Part shown: in pieces, positions 24,046 to 36,231 of the stretch
Layout: each line of letters begins with the position of its first letter
Position numbering within the stretch: position 1 is the first letter of the stretch
NCBI RefSeq assembly: GCF_018350175.1
Contig: NC_058368.1
Location: 70,310,001-70,374,000, forward strand
DNA length: 64,000 bases
Reading direction: 5' to 3'
Origin: Felis catus
Taxonomy: Eukaryota
Program-made: the position numbers and the translations under genes
Notes under the pieces: generated by a model
Database searches by the model: none
Told to the model about the DNA's origin: nothing
What the model saw: only the letters and a program-made list of their open reading frames with translations

Positions 24046-24133
24046 TACTATAGAGTTCTTTTTATATCACAGTCAGCAGAAGGGCCACCTAAAGTACTGC
24101 TGAGATCTGAGTAGAAAAAAGAAAAAAATACAC

Positions 24134-24334
24134 TTTTTTTTTTATTTTTGGGACAGAGAGAGACAGAGCATGAACGGGGGAGGGGCAGAGAAAGAGGGAG
24201 ACACAGAATCGGAAACAGGCTCCAGGCTCTGAGCCATCAGCCCAGAGCCCGACGCGGGGCTCAAACTCACGGACCGCGAGATCGTGACCTGGCTGAAGTC
24301 GGACGCTTAACCGACTGCGCCACCCAGGCGCCCC
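24134..24334 (-). mobile_element. Young felid SINE
   Basis: CpG-intact; TSD aaaatacactttttt. Confidence 0.95.
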
Positions 24335-24943
24335 AAAAATACACTTTTTTAATGGTACTTTCTGGGAAACCAAAGATATCATTTGTAGAAATCTATAAAT
24401 TTCAGGAAAATATGTACATGGTGATTGTGTAAATAAAGTGTTCTGCTTCAAAATTCAATCCAAATATTGTACCAGAAATTTAGTGGCAGCATAAAGCATT
24501 CATTGATCCCCAGAATTCAGGTAGTCATTCACTAAACATCTGTGGAGGGCTCCTCCTCTGTTCCAGACTCCAGGGAGAGGAAACACAGAGAGAAGACACG
24601 CTCCATCCCTACAGGAGCCCATGATGACACAAGGTGGGGAGACTAGAGGGAGGGTACAACTCAGAAGAGAACGTACTGACCAACCCCCTCCTGTCCCACA
24701 GCTCCTCCCAGAATCCCCCAGACCATCACTGCAGGAGACAACGCTCCCCAAGCCAGCAGTATAACAGATTGGCTTTACAGAATGGAGACTGGTTTGGAAA
24801 CCCACACAAACATTTGTCCGCAGAGTTGGTTTTCCTATTGCCAGGCATTCAACTCACACCCAAGGTGGGCCCCGTCTGTCCACAAGCATCCAAGTGCCAT
24901 CAGGCAACAGTGTGGGGCTGTTGGGTGGCAGTGGGTGTGCTTC

Positions 24944-25325
24944 GGTATTAGCCCACTAGGGCTGCCATAACAAAGGGCCACGGACAGGGTGGCTTACACA
25001 ACAGAAATTACTATCTCACAATTCTAGAGGCTGAAAGTCTGAAATTAAGACGTCAGCAGGGTTGGTTTCTTCTGAGGCCTCCCTCCTCAGCATGTACATG
25101 GCCGTCTTCTCCCTGTGTCTTCACATGGTCTTCCTTCTGTAGGAAGGAATCACATGATCTCTTCTTGTAAAGATACCCATCGTATCAGATTGAGGCCCAC
25201 CACCATGACCTCATTACTTCTTTAAAAACGTGATCTCCAAACATGGTCACATTCTGAAGTTCTGGAGTTTAAGACTTCAATATGTGGACTTGGGGTGGGA
25301 GTAGAAAACATCTTAGCCCATAACA
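24944..25325 (-). mobile_element. MLT1 (MaLR) LTR
   Basis: agggctgccataacaaag...acaacagaaatt...gtcacattctgaag...gcccataaca. Confidence 0.85.
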
Positions 25326-25641
25326 CAGAGGACTGAGCATCTGTAGCCAGGGCATCGTTGAAAGAAGTACAGGGAGGCATGAAGGTTTTCAAGCAGGACA
25401 TCAAGTAAAAATAAGCCACTTTCTCTTACTCTGCTAGAGAGAATACATACTGGTAAGCAGATACATTTTTCCCCTGGTTTCTTTACATTCTTCTGAATGT
25501 TTCAAATAGCTTCTACAATAAGCTAAGAATGAACTACCTTAATGTCTAAAAAGCATCAGTCCCCCAAGAGTTGGTCCCCTAGTGCAGGCAATGGGGTGCC
25601 TAGTATGCTTTCTAATCATCAGTATACAGATGGAGAGTACG

Positions 25642-25916
25642 GTGTGTTGAATGGTATCCCCCAAAAAGATATGTCCCTGTCCTATCCCCAAAACCTATGA
25701 AAAAGAGTCTCTGCAGCCGTAATGAAAAATATTGAAATGAGATCATCCTGGATTACCCAGGTGGACCCTAAATCCAATAACAAGTGTCCTCATAAGAGAG
25801 AGAAGACAGGAGACACAGACCCAGGGGGAAGGCCACACGAACACAGAGGCAGAGACTGTTGCTTTAAGCTGCCAAAGTTGTGATAATTTGTCACGGCAGA
25901 CCCAAGAAATAATACA
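25642..25916 (+). mobile_element. MLT1 (MaLR) LTR, internally deleted
   Basis: ttgaatggtatcccccaaaaagatatgtc...gagatcatcctggattacccaggtggaccctaaatcc...taataca. Confidence 0.85.
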
Positions 25917-26025
25917 GAGAATAATATGATTGATACAGGAAATTCTGTGGTTGTAAGAATTTTCTGGTAGCCTTTTATTGGCAGCTGACAGTCAGGCACC
26001 TTTATTACTGTTGTAGCCAGTATTC

Positions 26026-26444
26026 TTTTTTTTTTTTTTTTTTAGCTAAGACAGAAGAGATGATTTATTGTACACTATTACATTCAGCCACAAATGAAAA
26101 CAGAATTAGTCCTGAAAGTCACAGGTACAGGGCAAAGGACCAAAAGGGACTGTTTTGGTATGAGCAAGGTAGGTCTCTCAAAGGTGGTCGTTGTGACCAG
26201 ATGGCGATGGATGTTCCAGATCCATTGAATCAAGCTCTAGAAAGTAGGCATGCAGTCCGACAATTTGTACCAGCATCTGTGGCTTCTCGCTTTCCTCATT
26301 TCTGCTCCTGTGGCTTCCACGGGTGCACGAGCTAGAGGTTTAGTTGGCCCTCGGCCTCATCTTTCTTCTTTTTTTGCTTCTTCCTCCACTTGGCGCTCAT
26401 GTTGCAGAAGTTTCCAAGAAGATGGCACCAAGGCCAAGAGCGTC
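26026..26444 (-). pseudogene. RPL41: Processed pseudogene of ribosomal protein L41
   Basis: ATGAGCGCCAAGTGGAGGAAGAAGC...AAGATGAGGCCGAGGGCCAACTAA (26400-26340) resembles MRAKWRKK...KMRQRSK. RPL41-like UTRs, AATAAA, poly(A) at 26026-26043, degenerate TSD gccagtattctt/gccaataactctt, frameshifting deletion. Confidence 0.93.
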
Positions 26445-26856
26445 GCCAATAACTCTTAGAAACTGCCAAGGTAGGTGTGACCTCCATTCTACAAATACTC
26501 AAGCATGCCCCAAAAGCTAACTTGCTTGAGATGATGCAGTAAGATGTGCTAGAGAAGCAGTTCATGTCCTGGACTCCACTAAATGTGGTCTTTTTCCTAT
26601 ATCTCCATGCCTTCCTCCCAAAAAGTAGTTTTGCACACTCTCCAGCCTCCTCCTCCTGCACCTCAGCTATCCACCCCCTCAGTCCTGCTGGGCAGTGATG
26701 CTTCCCAGACTTCTAGATCCCCGTCAAACGAGGAAGGAACCTGGAAGTATTTTTAAACTTTGATTGAAATATATTAACACCAATGAGTTACTACTCCCCA
26801 AGCGTTTACATTTTTAGACATTTTGCTTTCAACTGTGGAACAGAAAAATCTGTCAC

Positions 26857-27351
26857 TGTTATATAAATGCACCAAAGATGGCCTCTATGCATTGACCCCT
26901 AGGTAGTTTACTTTTTCACTGCAGGCTGAGACAGACCAGTTAGCTCAAAAGCTCACGGGCACAAAACTCAAATTTTTACACATTCAATTAAATAACACAA
27001 ATTAAATTTTAAAAAATTTTAAACAGCACAAGCAGATTTTTAGCCATTTAGCCTGCTTTACATACCCCATGAACCTCACCTGATACTGAAAAGACAGGGT
27101 CTTATATTTCGAAGGCTCTAAGCTGCTAGGCCCTTGGGAGCTCTCTGCAGCTGAGCAACATCCCTAGATACCTGTGCTCCCTCCAGGCCCCCTCACGGCA
27201 GCAGCCTCCTTCCACTCTGAATAGTGGTCCCTTTGCTGTAAGCCTCTGGCCACTCTCTTACAATCCCTTCCAAGTGCCATCCAATAAAGCCCGTGTGTTA
27301 CTACTCCCTGTCTTGGTTGCACGTTTCCTTAATTGCTTCAAACCCCCTACA
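26857..27351 (+). mobile_element. Solo ERV LTR (MER89/MER90-like)
   Basis: TG...CA ends, perfect TSD GTCAC (26852-26856, 27352-27356), AATAAA near 27283. Confidence 0.8.
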
Positions 27352-27438
27352 GTCACCACAATAGGACTATAGGCAATAAGAAGAACCTGGGGAAGGTATC
27401 ATCCTGTCTTTGTCTTGCTTGCCTTAGAAATCAAACTT

Positions 27439-27565
27439 GGGGCACCTGGGTGGCTCAGTTGGTTAAGCATCTGACTTTGGCCTAGGTCATCATCTCATGG
27501 TTCACGGGTTCGAGCCCCACATCGGGTTGTGTGCTGACAGCTCAGAGCCTAGAGCCTGCTTCAGA

Positions 27566-27597
<32 letters not shown>

Positions 27598-27653
27598 CTG
27601 CCTCTCTCTCTCTCTCTCAAAACTAAATAAACATTTAAAAAAAAAAAAAGAAA
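27439..27653 (+). mobile_element. Carnivore SINE containing (TG)n
   Basis: TSD agaaatcaaactt. Confidence 0.9.
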
Positions 27654-29427
27654 GAAATCAAACTTCCCTCGGAGTGGGCCCTAAAGACAACCTACCCTCA
27701 ATTGCAGGTGCCTGGGGTGTGTGTCCTTAGCTGGGGAGGATGGGGTGGGGGGCACACATACACCCATTGCTCTGCCCTAGACCTCTGAGGGGCCTCCCTC
27801 AAAGTGCCCCTGCCCCTGCCCCTGCCCCAGCAATCCTGGACAGGCTCTCTTCTCCCCAAGTACAGAAGGGTCATCTGTCCTACAGTCTCACGTCCTATCA
27901 GCCCCTTTAGCTTTCCATCACTTACAGCAAACAACCTGGGCACAAGGGACTCAGGGACCCTTCAGGTACGTGGTGGGGGAGGGAGGGGTCTGCCACACAG
28001 GTACACAAACAGGACCTAAGAATGAGATGAGGCAGCAAAGTGGCTGCCAAGGGCTGCCTCTATTCCTTATGCACCGAGAGTCAGGTAGAGGAGCTGAGGG
28101 TACCCCAGAGGGAGCTGGGGGTTCCAGCTAGGCTGTGGTAATAATGGAGAACAGACCCTTTTACCAGAGTCATCCATATGCCCGCCCACACTCAGCTCAG
28201 GCCCACTACGAAGCACTCCAAGACCACACATGGCAGATGTCAGTGTTCACTCACTCCTGCCCCACTGGCCTCTGGACGGGCCACTGCTGCATCCAACAGC
28301 ACTGGGGTGACCCCTCCCTCTACTGAGCAGGGGAGAGGGCGCGGGACACTGCCTGGCACCAGAGGCTACTGGTAAATGTTTGCTGAATGAATGAACGTAA
28401 GCACTAACTCATCATTTACATTTAATTGTAGTATAAACCAATTGTGATTCTTATTTATATGACAAATTAACTCTGCTATAAAGTTATGTACTAAGGGTCA
28501 CTCAGGAAGGCTCAGTTATGGTTCGCTGGTCACAAAGCATGTTCAACTGCTCCTACAACATTGCCAAACATTCATTAAGTAGAAAACCGGGGCCACCCCT
28601 GTTTGTTCACAGGTCCCAGTTTCACTAGAGGAATTGGTCTTGAACACAGACAAACAACTGACCAGACCTCCTGCAATCCCTGACTCCAGAAACAAGAAGC
28701 CCTCAGGCAACTCAGCCCCAGACAGTGGGTCTCACTTATGTTCCCTCAGCAGCCAGCAGGATGAGTAGTAGACAGTAGGCCACCAACACATGCTTCTCGT
28801 GAGCTTTCCTGCAGCAGCAGATGCTTCGGGCAGCTGAGATGTTTCAACCTCTAGAGACAACAGATGTCCCCTCACCAGCCGAGGGCCCCAGCACACCCAC
28901 ACCACTCGGGACCACCACACGGTGACAGGTGGAAAGGAACAACAGACATCTTATGATAACTTCCTACTTCCTTATTTAAAAGTAATACAGAATACTACTC
29001 ACTGATCCTTTATGAAAGTGTAAATTTTCCCACATACACCCACACACACAAAAGAATGTGGAAATCCAAAAGCTTAGGACAAAAAGCAAACAGTGAATTT
29101 AAAGGACACACACTTTGGGCCACCTTAGAAATCGTTTCCATATTGACTATGGGCTGAAGACAAGAGCCACCATTTCCCTACAACAAAGTTTTTAAAACCA
29201 TAAGTGAAACTAAAAGAACTATCACCTGATTATAAACACAGCTGCTTACATCACACACATGCCACTTCATTTCTTCCTATGGTTTTTAGGGTCAGGTTGG
29301 GATTTTTATCACACTGAGTAAAAAGGGGAGAAACTCCCACCCTAATTCCAACCCATAAAAATATCTACCCATGAACCATTTAGTAGCAGCCAGGTAGATA
29401 GACATTTTGCAAGAGATGCCTCACTAT

Positions 29428-29648
29428 GTTTTTGTTTTGTTTTTTAAAGTTTATCTATTTATTTTGAGAGAGTGCATGCACGTGCAAGCAAGGGAGGGGA
29501 AGAGAGAGAGGGAGAGAGAGAATCCAAAGCTGGCTCTGTGCTATCAGCACAGAGCCCGACACGGGGCTCGAATTCACAAACGTGAGATCATGACCTAGGT
29601 TGATATCAAGAGTCGGACACTTAACTGACTGAGCCACCCAGGTGCCCC
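29428..29648 (-). mobile_element. Carnivore SINE
   Basis: TSD agatgcctca. Confidence 0.9.
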
Positions 29649-30202
29649 AAGATGCCTCAGTATGTTAACTGGCATTTTTGAAACCATGTCCAAGTGTGTT
29701 TCACTAACAAAACAACCAGAATATATCCAAAGCAGACAGAAAAGACAGGAACTCCTGCTGTGACACCGCCACCCCAGACTTGCAGAACCAGCCGGGAGGT
29801 GGGGTGCTCACAGCAGGTTCTCCTGTGCTCTGATCTGAGTAGGAGAATCCTGACCTCTAGGGCCACACACATTACGTAACTAAAGGCTCAGCCTCCTCAC
29901 TCATCCCAACAGAGATTAAGAGAGGAAGTCATTTGTTGGTTTTGAGGTTTTCAAAAGGAGGAAGGACTTTACACCCAGTGTGCTAAACCCCTTTGCTCTG
30001 TTCTGGAAAACAGCAATTAGAAGGTTGCTCAACTTTCCGGTCTGGTCCTGGCAGCAAACATCCCATCGGACTTGCCCAGCTACTAAGAGACATACCTGAC
30101 AGGCAAGCCGAGGGCCCACGGGGTGGTCCTAGAGAGCCACTCTGAACCACTGCTGTGTTAAATACCTTCAGTGTATTTCATACACACCCTCAAAACCTGT
30201 TG

Positions 30203-30388
30203 TTTTTTTAAGTTTTTATTTATTTATTTGAGGGGCCGGGGTGAGGGGGGGGGGTAGAGAATCCCAACCAGACTCCGCACCATCAGCACAGAGCCCCATG
30301 CAGGGCTCAATCTCACAAACCATGAGATCCTGACCTGAGCCAAGACCAGGAGTCAGACGCTTAACCGGCTGAGCCACCCAGGCACCCC
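30203..30388 (-). mobile_element. Carnivore SINE
   Basis: TSD tc(a/g)aaacctgtt. Confidence 0.9.
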
Positions 30389-31236
30389 TCGAAACCTGTT
30401 TTATTCAAACTCAGATACTGATATCTGTCTCTGCCTGAATCTACCACTTACTCTTTTTAATTCTTATACTCAACTCCTGACCCCCAGCTCTCCTAAAGAT
30501 ATCCCCAGAAACATCTCATGCATGCAGTGATGCTACAAAATGTAGCCCTGGATGTTTCCTAAAGGCTCCTTCTTAGGTTATGCTTCAAATGAAAATCCAC
30601 CTTGACATTTCCTCTCCCATAGGGTGAAAACGAAGAGAGAACAAATGTTGATGAGTCAAAGTTTAATCTCTTCTATCCCTAGTAATTAATGAACAAAATG
30701 TTTGTTTAAAATAATGTCAAACAGCCACTGAAATCTGTGCCATTCTTGGTGGGTGAGTTGGGCTCACAGGTGGGGGCCAAACAAATAAAACAAACCAAGC
30801 CTAATAGTAATCTTTTCTCAATAGTAAAATTTCCCAAGATGAAGTGCTAATTAAGATAAATTCTAGTTGACCTTGGAAGTAAAGTATGGCCTACCTACCC
30901 ACAAAAAAGTAGATGTCCTTGATCTCCTCAGAAAATACAGCCTTTCCTATGGGACTACCTAGACAGGGCAGAAAGCCACCCGACCAAGAAATATGGGGCC
31001 GAATGGATGCCCCTGCTAGCCACACACACAGGTTCCAAATGAGCATTTCAGTTTCTGTCAAGGCCCTGGAATTAGACAACAAGAATTAGGGAATTATCCT
31101 TCTACTTTTAAACTTTTTTGGTTCAGTTCCACTGTTGCACTGTTTTTCACTCCTGGGGTATTGCCTGAAAGTAATCAAATCAAAAATTAAACATGAAACT
31201 TCACAGTCACATTTGTTCTGAGAATTAGTGATTCTT

Positions 31237-31465
31237 GGGGTGCCTGGGTGGCTCAGTCGGCATCCAACTTCAGCTCCGGTCATGATCTCACGGTCCGTGA
31301 GTTCGAGCCCCGCGTCGGGCTCTGTGCTGACAGCTCAGAGCCTGGAGCTTGCTTCAGATTCTGTGTCTCCGTCTCTCTGCCCCTCCCCTGCTCGCACTCT
31401 GTCTCTCTCTCTCTGTCTGTCTCTCTCTCAAAAATAAATAAATGTTAAAAAAAAAAAAATTAAAT

Positions 31466-31525
<60 letters not shown>

Positions 31526-31532
31526 GAAAAAA
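31237..31532 (+). mobile_element. Carnivore SINE
   Basis: TSD agaattagtgattct. Confidence 0.92.
31466..31524 (+). repeat. (GAAA)n microsatellite in SINE tail
   Basis: About 14 perfect units. Confidence 0.95.
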
Positions 31533-31935
31533 AGAATTAGTGATTCTCAGAAGCGCCAGCCTTAAGCAATGGCCTTTCCTACAAAGTGTCCCTGGACACA
31601 AACTCAGTATTTTGCTCTCCCCTCTTTTTCCTAGCCTATTTGGAACTCAGTTCCTGCTTTCCTGTATAGTATTTCTAAACAGCACAGCTCCCCCAGGCAT
31701 ATAATTGGCTCTGACATAGATTTCCAGCTTGGCAAGGCCCCTGGCCCTGGGGCAGCACCAGGGATCATAACGGCAGCAAAAGCATTAACCCAACACTGAT
31801 GCTCAATGTCAGTGCTCATAGATAATTTATTCCATTGTGCTTCAAGACTCGGGAAGATATACGAATGGTGTTAAAAATGATTCATCATGGTCCATTTCTT
31901 AGTTTACTGTTTTGTTTTGTTTTGTTTTTTCACAG

Positions 31936-32101
31936 TTCAAAGCTCTGGCAAGATTTTCATCAAATGGAGTTTTGGAGAAAGAAGCAAAAGTGACGTCAGC
32001 CTGTCGGTGATGAGGACTCTAGGCGTCCCCAAGTTCATCCGTCACTCCCCACTGCTTCATGTCCACCACTCTACCGTCTGGCCCCTACCATGGAAAACAA
32101 G
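31936..32101 (+). other. Candidate antisense exon
   Basis: Long T-rich tract plus CACAG| acceptor, and AAG|GTAAGA donor; 166 nt. Confidence 0.3.
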
Positions 32102-33850
32102 GTAAGATGGAATTTTTAATAACGTGTGTTTTGCGTTTATGAAGGTAACATATGCACATAACTAAAAATATAAATATAACCAAAGACCTTTAAATGAAAA
32201 GCAAATGGAGTCTGGTTCATCCTGCTCCACTCCCAGCCTTGCTTCTCAGAGAAAAATCCTTTCAATGATTTTGGTTTTTCTCCTAGTTGTTCCCTCTGTA
32301 TCTCTAATATATAGATTTCCTAAATTTAGCCTTTCAAAACATTTTTAACTTCATGCTATGAGAGATGAGAATAGTACATAAACAAATACTCCCAGCCTCA
32401 CAATGTCACTATTTTTAGGTCTCCTTAATTACCTGTTTAACTTGAAGTAATAGACTTTATTATATATTCCATCATGACTTCCCACTTTGTAAGGTAAGGA
32501 TGTCAGTACCAAAAAGTGAAATCTGAATCACTAAAACGCAGCTTTGCCCCTAATATCAGCTGATAAATGAATGAATGAGAAGGAACATTTAAAAATATGT
32601 TTTGGCACTGTATGAACTCCAATAAATCACTCTGTTCCCTGGTTCCAACTGGCAGTGTGTAATCAATAGCTATTCTCACTCAATTCTCTCATTACTTAAG
32701 AATTTTGGAGGTGAAGTCCACATGTGAAGCAAAACTTCATCAACAGTAACACTGAGTTCATCTGAACATGTTTACTATACCTCCAAACTTGCCTACCCTA
32801 CCCACCTTCCCATTTTCCAACCTCACAATGTCTAAGGGGAGATAGCAGGTGAGGGTAAAATCTGCTCATCAGACCAGAGGGGGGCTTGGCCAGCCCAGAG
32901 CCTCAGAAAGGGGGCTGTAGCCGTGGAGTAACGACATACTAGGAAAAGACACATCTGATTTGAGGGGGCCAATTAAAGGAAATTTCTGAAGGCATGACAC
33001 ATACTACATGGCCAGGTAACGATCCCTAACACATAAAATTGAATTGGTTAGGAAATTACTGGTCTTTCAATGCTGCAGACACTCTCCTAGGTGAACATCA
33101 CAGCTAAAAATACAATTATGACACAATTAAAAAAACAACAACCATAACCCAATATATGAATGTATTTTAAATAACCTGTGATACTTTCATAGTTTATAGA
33201 AGATATTTAAGTTTCAGAATATAGGATGACACCTGATTACATGTTGAATCCTGTCTAAAATTTCAAACACTAGAGAGCAAGTAAAAACAAATCAGAAACA
33301 CACATGGAATGTGTAGTTTATATATGTCACAGAGCAGAAGATAAAACGTCAGTAATGCTTTAATTATAATCCAGTGCCTACAGTTCATCCCATATTTCAG
33401 GGCTGTAGGAGAAACATAAACAAAACAGCTTTGTTTGGGGCAATATGCCAGTAGAATGATCTGAGAGCAGAAACCTGAATCAATGACCAATAGTATGATC
33501 TTGAATGACTCCCCTTATTCTCCTGTCCATTCAGTAAACATTTCCCAAGCATCCCACGTTCAAAGAAAACAGAAACTGGAATGATGAAGGCAGTCTATGC
33601 GGGACTTGACCCAGCTGCAGAACTGAGTTTTTTGCCATCACCGTATTTACACTTTTTGCCTGCAGTTACCTCCCTACTCAAATAAAAATGATCCTAAGCT
33701 GCTAAGAATGATCCACAAAATACATAAAAACCCTCTCAACAACTGACAAAAACTATGTTTCCAGTTTGGAGATAAAGAACATGTCTCACTCCTCGAGGGG
33801 CAAAAAAAAAAAAAAAAAAAGAAGAAGAAGAAGAAGAAGTAGGAACTCAC

Positions 33851-33918
33851 AATCTGCTAAACTTCCCTCCTAATACATTTGCCCACAAAAAACACAAGAA
33901 CCACAGGAAATACCTCAT
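33851..33918 (-). other. Candidate alternative first exon
   Basis: ATG at 33918 open to donor ATT|GTGAGT: MRYFLWFLCFLWANVLGGKFSR. CpG-enriched stretch immediately upstream (about 34070-34345). Confidence 0.3.
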
Positions 33919-35354
33919 AGGAAAGAGAAACGAGCTGGCTTTTTGAAAATGGGGAAGAAATTCAAGGAGCAACAGGAGCCAAATTGATAGCCAGCCAAGG
34001 TACCATTCCTGTTTAAAGATTCAAAACATCCTTAATAACCACAAGGCATTAGCTCTTGGTATGTCAGCATGGTCGCTTTCTCGCTGGGAATGCCTGGACA
34101 CCAGCAGAAGTGGGACTTCTACTGGGAGTTTGGGACACAAACCCACCGCTCCACAGCCCGCGGGGAAACACCGAGGGAGCTGTGGGCGAAGTGGACCCCC
34201 AGCAAAGGAAGGAGTGCACTCCATCTAGTGCCGCAATCCCCTCCTCCACGGGGACCCCACCCTGGTCTACCACCCACGACCTGAGCACGAAGTGGGATGG
34301 AAGAATCTCATGTCACACACGTGCCAGCACACAGCTTCCTCGGTTCCTTGAAGGAGTAATAATCCACATGCAAAGTATTCTATCCTAAGACACTTGCAAG
34401 CATCAATTTCTCCATTCACCCTCTTGCCACAATCTCCAAGGAAGAAAGACTATAGGCTTTATGGTAACTTTTTTTTTTTAACCCAAAAGGCCTTTGCTTT
34501 TCATTCTGCAAGCTATTAAAGAGAGTGGAACTATATTACTATAGTATATCATAACCACCTATGAATATACTATTTTTAAGAGGCTTTGTAAATTCAGTGC
34601 CTACTATGTGTCAAAGCTTAAGCCAGGTATTTTATACACATCATCTTTCACCATCCTGGGTTCAGACTACAAAATCAGTGACAGATAAAAGGTGCTCTGG
34701 ATCATTGCTGATCCATTCTTGCCAGAAACAACTGCCCTGCTAGAGAACTTCCCAATCTTACTGCTAACTCAGCCGTCATCCAGAGTCACTCGGTGACTCT
34801 CCTATTCTGTGCTCTTTCCCTCTTTTATGCCCCACCTTATCTTGGAGGAGAGTTATCTCACAGAAAATGTAACCAGAAAATCTCATAGAAAAACCAATTC
34901 GCACTAAGCTATCAGTGAATACACATAATTGCTCTAAGAGACATGTACTCAACAAAAGAAGGCCACAGGAACACAGGTGCTCAACCCAAACCAATATATT
35001 ACTAATGGTAGATTTTCCAGGTCTCAGTAAGGATTATGTGGTGGGGTGAAGTCGCTGCCATTGCTCCTTCAATCAAAACAATTCCACTAGCCTGTTTCTT
35101 AGTTGTCTCCAGGAGCCCAGTTCCTAACTAGCCCTGAAAATACCACTTCTGAGCAACACCCTCTATACCATCCCCCTACACGGATTACTACTACTGATAT
35201 CATAACTATTCCCTCGCCCTACTTCCACTATGTTCACTCTCCTACTATCTTTTCTATTGAAAACAGGCAAGAATTATGTCAATAATAACTTAACACATGT
35301 AGATTACAAGGACTTTGTTACACGAGAAAAGTAAAAACTCACACGTCTATAACA

Positions 35355-35590
35355 GTGTCTTGGTGGCTCAGCCGGTTAAGCGTCTGACTTCAGCTCAGGT
35401 CATGATTTCATGGTTTGTGGGTTCAAGCCCTACGTCAGGCTCTGTGCTGACAGCTCAGAGCCTGGAGCCTGCTTTGGATTCTGTGTCTCCCTCTATCTCT
35501 GCCCCTCCCTCACTCATGCTCTGTCTCTCTCTCTCTCTCTCCCCCTCCCTCTCTCTCTCAAAAATCAATAAATATTTTTTTAAAAAAATG
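35355..35590 (+). mobile_element. Carnivore SINE
   Basis: Body and tail. Confidence 0.9.
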
Positions 35591-36093
35591 TTTTTAATTC
35601 ACGTATCTATAAAATGTGTTGGAAAGAGAGTTAAGAAGAAAAATTCTGTCACTTGAATGTTTTTCAAAACTGTAGCAATGGGTACTATAGCTTCCCACAC
35701 AAATTACCTAAGCTGAAAAGAGAGTTAAAACCATAGAAACTCTGATACATATTTCCAAAATAACATATTATGCTTTTAGGAAAAAATTTAGAATATAAAT
35801 TTAATTATTCAAATTCAATTGAATTGAATATAATTGCATTACATTATTTAAATTATTTTCAAAGATATTCTTTCTATAAGCCATGTGAACCAAGAAAGTC
35901 ACCTGTTTTTATTTAAGGCCAATGGCAAGAATTTTCTGAGAGAAAGAGAAACCTCTGTAACTCACATACATGTACAAAGGAATAAGAAATAAAAACAGGA
36001 TCCCAGGTTTCAGTAACTGCTAGAGGATTCTGCTTCCTGCCAGGGCCTGGAGTTGGGATCAGTTACTGTAACGAAGAAACCTCCAACACTTAC

Positions 36094-36231
36094 CTGGTCC
36101 TGGTGATAGATAGCACAACATGTGGCCTGGGCCCATCAGATAGCACAAACCCAAAGTTATCCAACAAGGAGGGTAAAGTACCCCACACCCTCCACATCCC
36201 CTCACCCACCTCCCTATTCCCAAGGTTAATT
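36094..36231 (-). other. Candidate cassette or cryptic exon
   Basis: Acceptor TGTGTTTTTTCAATGCAG| and consensus donor CAG|GTAAGT; 138 nt. Confidence 0.3.

Noticed and set aside
26332..26661. 109-aa ORF as a gene
   Set aside because: GTG start; only the end derives from the frameshifted RPL41 retrocopy.
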